Below, in pieces: positions 60,830-64,000 of a DNA stretch of 64,000 nucleotides (the first letter of the stretch is position 1; each line of letters starts with the position of its first letter). Position numbers and translations under genes: made by a program. Under the pieces are notes generated by a model. The model worked only from the letters and a program-made list of their open reading frames with translations. It was not told the DNA's origin and did no database searches. This DNA comes from the human T2T-CHM13v2.0 reference genome, Homo sapiens, in the NCBI RefSeq assembly GCF_009914755.1, contig NC_060925.1, one strand, 5' to 3'.

Positions 60830-63800
60830 CCTAATTAATTTAAAGCCCAATGCTTAACAAGACAGCTTCTTCCAGAGGCCTCTCCCAGCCTCAGTTTCCC
60901 CATCTATAAAATAGGAAAGGCACCTCTGCCCCTTAGGGTTTTGGTGAGGGCTAAATGAAATGCTGTCCAAGTCCTTGGAAGGATGCCTGGCAGAGGGCAA
61001 GTGCTGCATCAGGGTGACTCTCTGAGGCCACTCCAGAGCCTGCAGCCCTCTCTCAGCAGAGACGGCCTCTCCTGCCTCATTCTTATCATCATGGGAAAGC
61101 ACTGTAAAGTGCCCAACAGTGTGAATCGATGCATCTATCTCTGTCCAAAGAGATGGCTCCCTGACCTCAGGAACCAACAGCCCTGAGCTCCTTCTCATTG
61201 CTCCACACACCATCTCTCGTTCATCCTCACCTCACCCTGCTCGGACCAGTTCTAACGGCAGTGGTTTATGGAGCACCTAGACATCAAATCGAGTGCCAGG
61301 CATCAGATGGAGGCTTCACATGCATCATTTCATTCCATCCTAACCTCATCAATTTCAGGAAGGCCCATCATTCCCATCTTACACATGGAGACGCTGAGGC
61401 TTGGAGAGGAGAAGCTCCCTGGCCGAGGGAAGATTCCAGGGCCTGGACATCATAGGTCCAAAATAGTAAGCCAGGTCCTGCCTAGAGACTGCAATGTCCA
61501 CACCAGCCTCAGGGCAATGGATGAATCCACAGCTGAATGCAGGACCAGGATAAGTGGGTTGTTGCCAGGGAGACCCTGGGAGTTCCACAAACCCCAGGGC
61601 AAAGGAGGACAAGGGCATCCTTGCCCTGGGGGTCGCTCCTGTCTTCTCCACCAGCTTGCTGAAGGCGAGCCCGGTAAATCCCCACTTACCTCACCTCTGA
61701 CTGCTGGTTTACAAATGACTCTCTCACGTGTCAGGGAAAACCCTCCAAGGGAAGCAGGGCAGGTCCCCTGAAGTTTCATCATCTTATTTCTGCTGAAACA
61801 GAAGTCGCAGCAATGGAGACACCTCCTGGGAGGTGACTGAAAGGAAAGGGTGAGTCAAAAGGCCTTCTTCCCGGAGGACTGCCCCGTCCAACGCTATGAA
61901 AAGGAGGAATGCGGCTGAGCTCATCCCAGCCCCACGACAGGAATGTCTCCCTAATTGTCCTTAACACAACTTCAAAATTACTTGCCAGCCAGAAGTCACT
62001 GTGTCAGCCTGGTGACATCCCTGATGGCTGATTTGTAACTGCAGAGGCCTCCGCCGGTGGGAGGCTTCCTTGGTCTACACCTGCCCAGCACTTTCCAGCC
62101 CTACCCAGAACAGATTATGGGAATCACCGAGTGCCATCAACAGGAGATTGACTAAATAAGTCATGGCACATCCATACCGTACAATACTCAGGGCCATCCA
62201 GCAGGATAAAACACATCTGTAGTTATTGGTGGAGAAAGAGTTCCTCCACTTATCAATAAAGTAAGAAGGCACACTGTAAAACACAGAACGACCATTTTAA
62301 AAAGTGTGTGTGTTTTATATCTGTGAGTTGTCTAAATTTATATACATGGAAAAACATCAGTGAGGACATCCCAGAAGATCAGCAGATGTTTTTTTACTTT
62401 TTGAAATGCCCTATGTGTTTTTTGAACTAATGAAAATGACAATACTTGGAAGGCTCTGTGACAGACACAATGGCAGGCACCTTACCAGCTTTATCACAGG
62501 TAATCCTCGCATCAAGATGATGGAGGGAGGTAAAATTCTTTCCCTATTTTACAATGAGCACTGATTACTTTTATTAGGAGAAAAAAATGGAAAAGCTATT
62601 TGCACTTTTTTAAAAAAACACATTGGTTGGATATGACTGCATCAAATATACTAGGCCAAGTGGGAAATCTAAAGATGTTTGGGAGTGGCCCTTGACTTCA
62701 AGAAGTTTCCAGCCCCAGGTGTCTAAATAACAAGAATACCTGTTCACACTTGGTAAGTGGACCAAGGGAGAAACCGGAGATGTGTTATGAGAACACAGAA
62801 CAAGACATGGCTTTAAGGGCAATGAAACAAATATTTATTGGGCAGCTACTATGTGCCTACTGCTCTGAGCACTTTGTCTCATTTTGGGCTCACAACAGCC
62901 TTCGAGGTTAATGTAACTTCCACCCTTGTACCCTTGAGGAAATGCAAGCTCCTGACTTTTTCCAGGGCTATGAAATTAGTAGTAGTGGAGATGGGATTCA
63001 AACTTCTGTCTCCAAATCTGATGCCATCTCTCCTGCCCTCACCATTCCCAAAATCCCTGGGGATATATTAAGGACAAAGCAGCTTTCGAGGCCAACCTTG
63101 CTTCATAGGTCATGTTTCAACAGCAGGAGAGGAAAAGAAGGCAATTCTCTCTCCAAGCCTCAGTTTTCCCACCTTTAAATTGGGGGTACTCATACCTACT
63201 TCATAGGGTTGGTGTGAGGATTAAAGGAGAAATCCAAGGTATTGCAGGGCAGATGCAGTAGAGATAATCCTGAGCTTAAAGCACCTGGATAATATGCCTG
63301 GCCAGGGGGAGTGTTTGGTGACATAGAAGCTGTATGGGTTCTGGAATCAGGCCGCATGGGTTCTGAGAACCTGGGGAGGCTTCCTGGAGGAGGTAGCCTT
63401 GAACTGGGTCTTGCAGGTGGTGGAGCTAGGGCACCCCTTGGGGACCCTGCACCTTGTAGCAATCACTCTGCTTCAGCCAGATGCAGCAAAGAATCATTTA
63501 TGGAACTTCTACCCAGTGCTTAAGACATACAATCCTAACTGTGACCCTGTGAGGTGGCTGTCACTATGCTCATGTTTTAGATAGGGAACTTGAAGCTCAA
63601 AAGACTAAGTAATGTGTCTAGGGTGGTGGCATGAAGGTTGACGCCAGGCGCATCTGACCACCAAACCTGTGCCACTCATACAGTAAAAACCCAGTCCCCG
63701 AAGGTTAGAGCTGGTCCCACTCCCCACATGACCCCATCCGACTTCACAGCCTGGGCTCAATCCAGCTTTCTGCCTTACTTGCTGTGTTACCTTAGAAAAT

Positions 63801-63894
63801 GTACCCCAATTTTCTGATCCTTGGGTTCCTTATCTGAAAAATAGACAAATGGACCAAGGGAGTCCTTAAGTAAGAATGCTTACTTAGAAGAATT

Positions 63895-64000
63895 TCTTTT
63901 TGGGTTTTTTTTTTTTTTTTTTTTTTTTTTTTGAGACAGAGTCTCGCTCTGTGTCCCAGGCTGGAGTGCAGTGGCGCAATCTCAGCTCACTGCAAGCTCT
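63895..64000 (-). mobile_element. Alu (Y-like) 3' end, cut by the window edge
   Basis: poly(T)-gagacagagtctcgctctgt...cactgcaagctc. Confidence 0.85.

Overview
Primate (almost certainly human) genomic DNA containing the complete IFFO2 gene (intermediate filament family orphan 2) on the minus strand. I rebuilt 9 coding exons by hand from GT-AG junctions: 52226-51562, 16931-16871, 15583-15488, 14312-14172, 12852-12713, 7891-7771, 7284-7192, 6280-6150 and 4474-4369. They total 1554 nt, or 517 aa plus stop. The gene has a CpG-island/GC-box promoter near 52.3-52.8 kb, a 34.6-kb first intron and a ~4.3-kb 3'UTR ending at an AATAAA at 113-108. The rest is Alu, MIR, L1, L2, THE1-type LTR, hAT fragments and simple repeats; nearly all other ORFs in the track are spurious. 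The most unusual item is a ~257-bp, ~93%-identical non-Alu inverted duplication in intron 1 (37998-38254 / 39305-39560). Nine of its ten transition mismatches form G-U wobbles on the IFFO2 sense strand, and an inverted Alu pair is nested in its loop, making it a candidate long dsRNA element. Other leads: candidate LC8, NLS and W-acidic motifs in the protein, alternative start codons, clustered Pumilio/miRNA sites in the 3'UTR, a structured (GGAT)n array and several motif-dense candidate enhancers. Repeat boundaries and subfamilies were judged by eye and are approximate.
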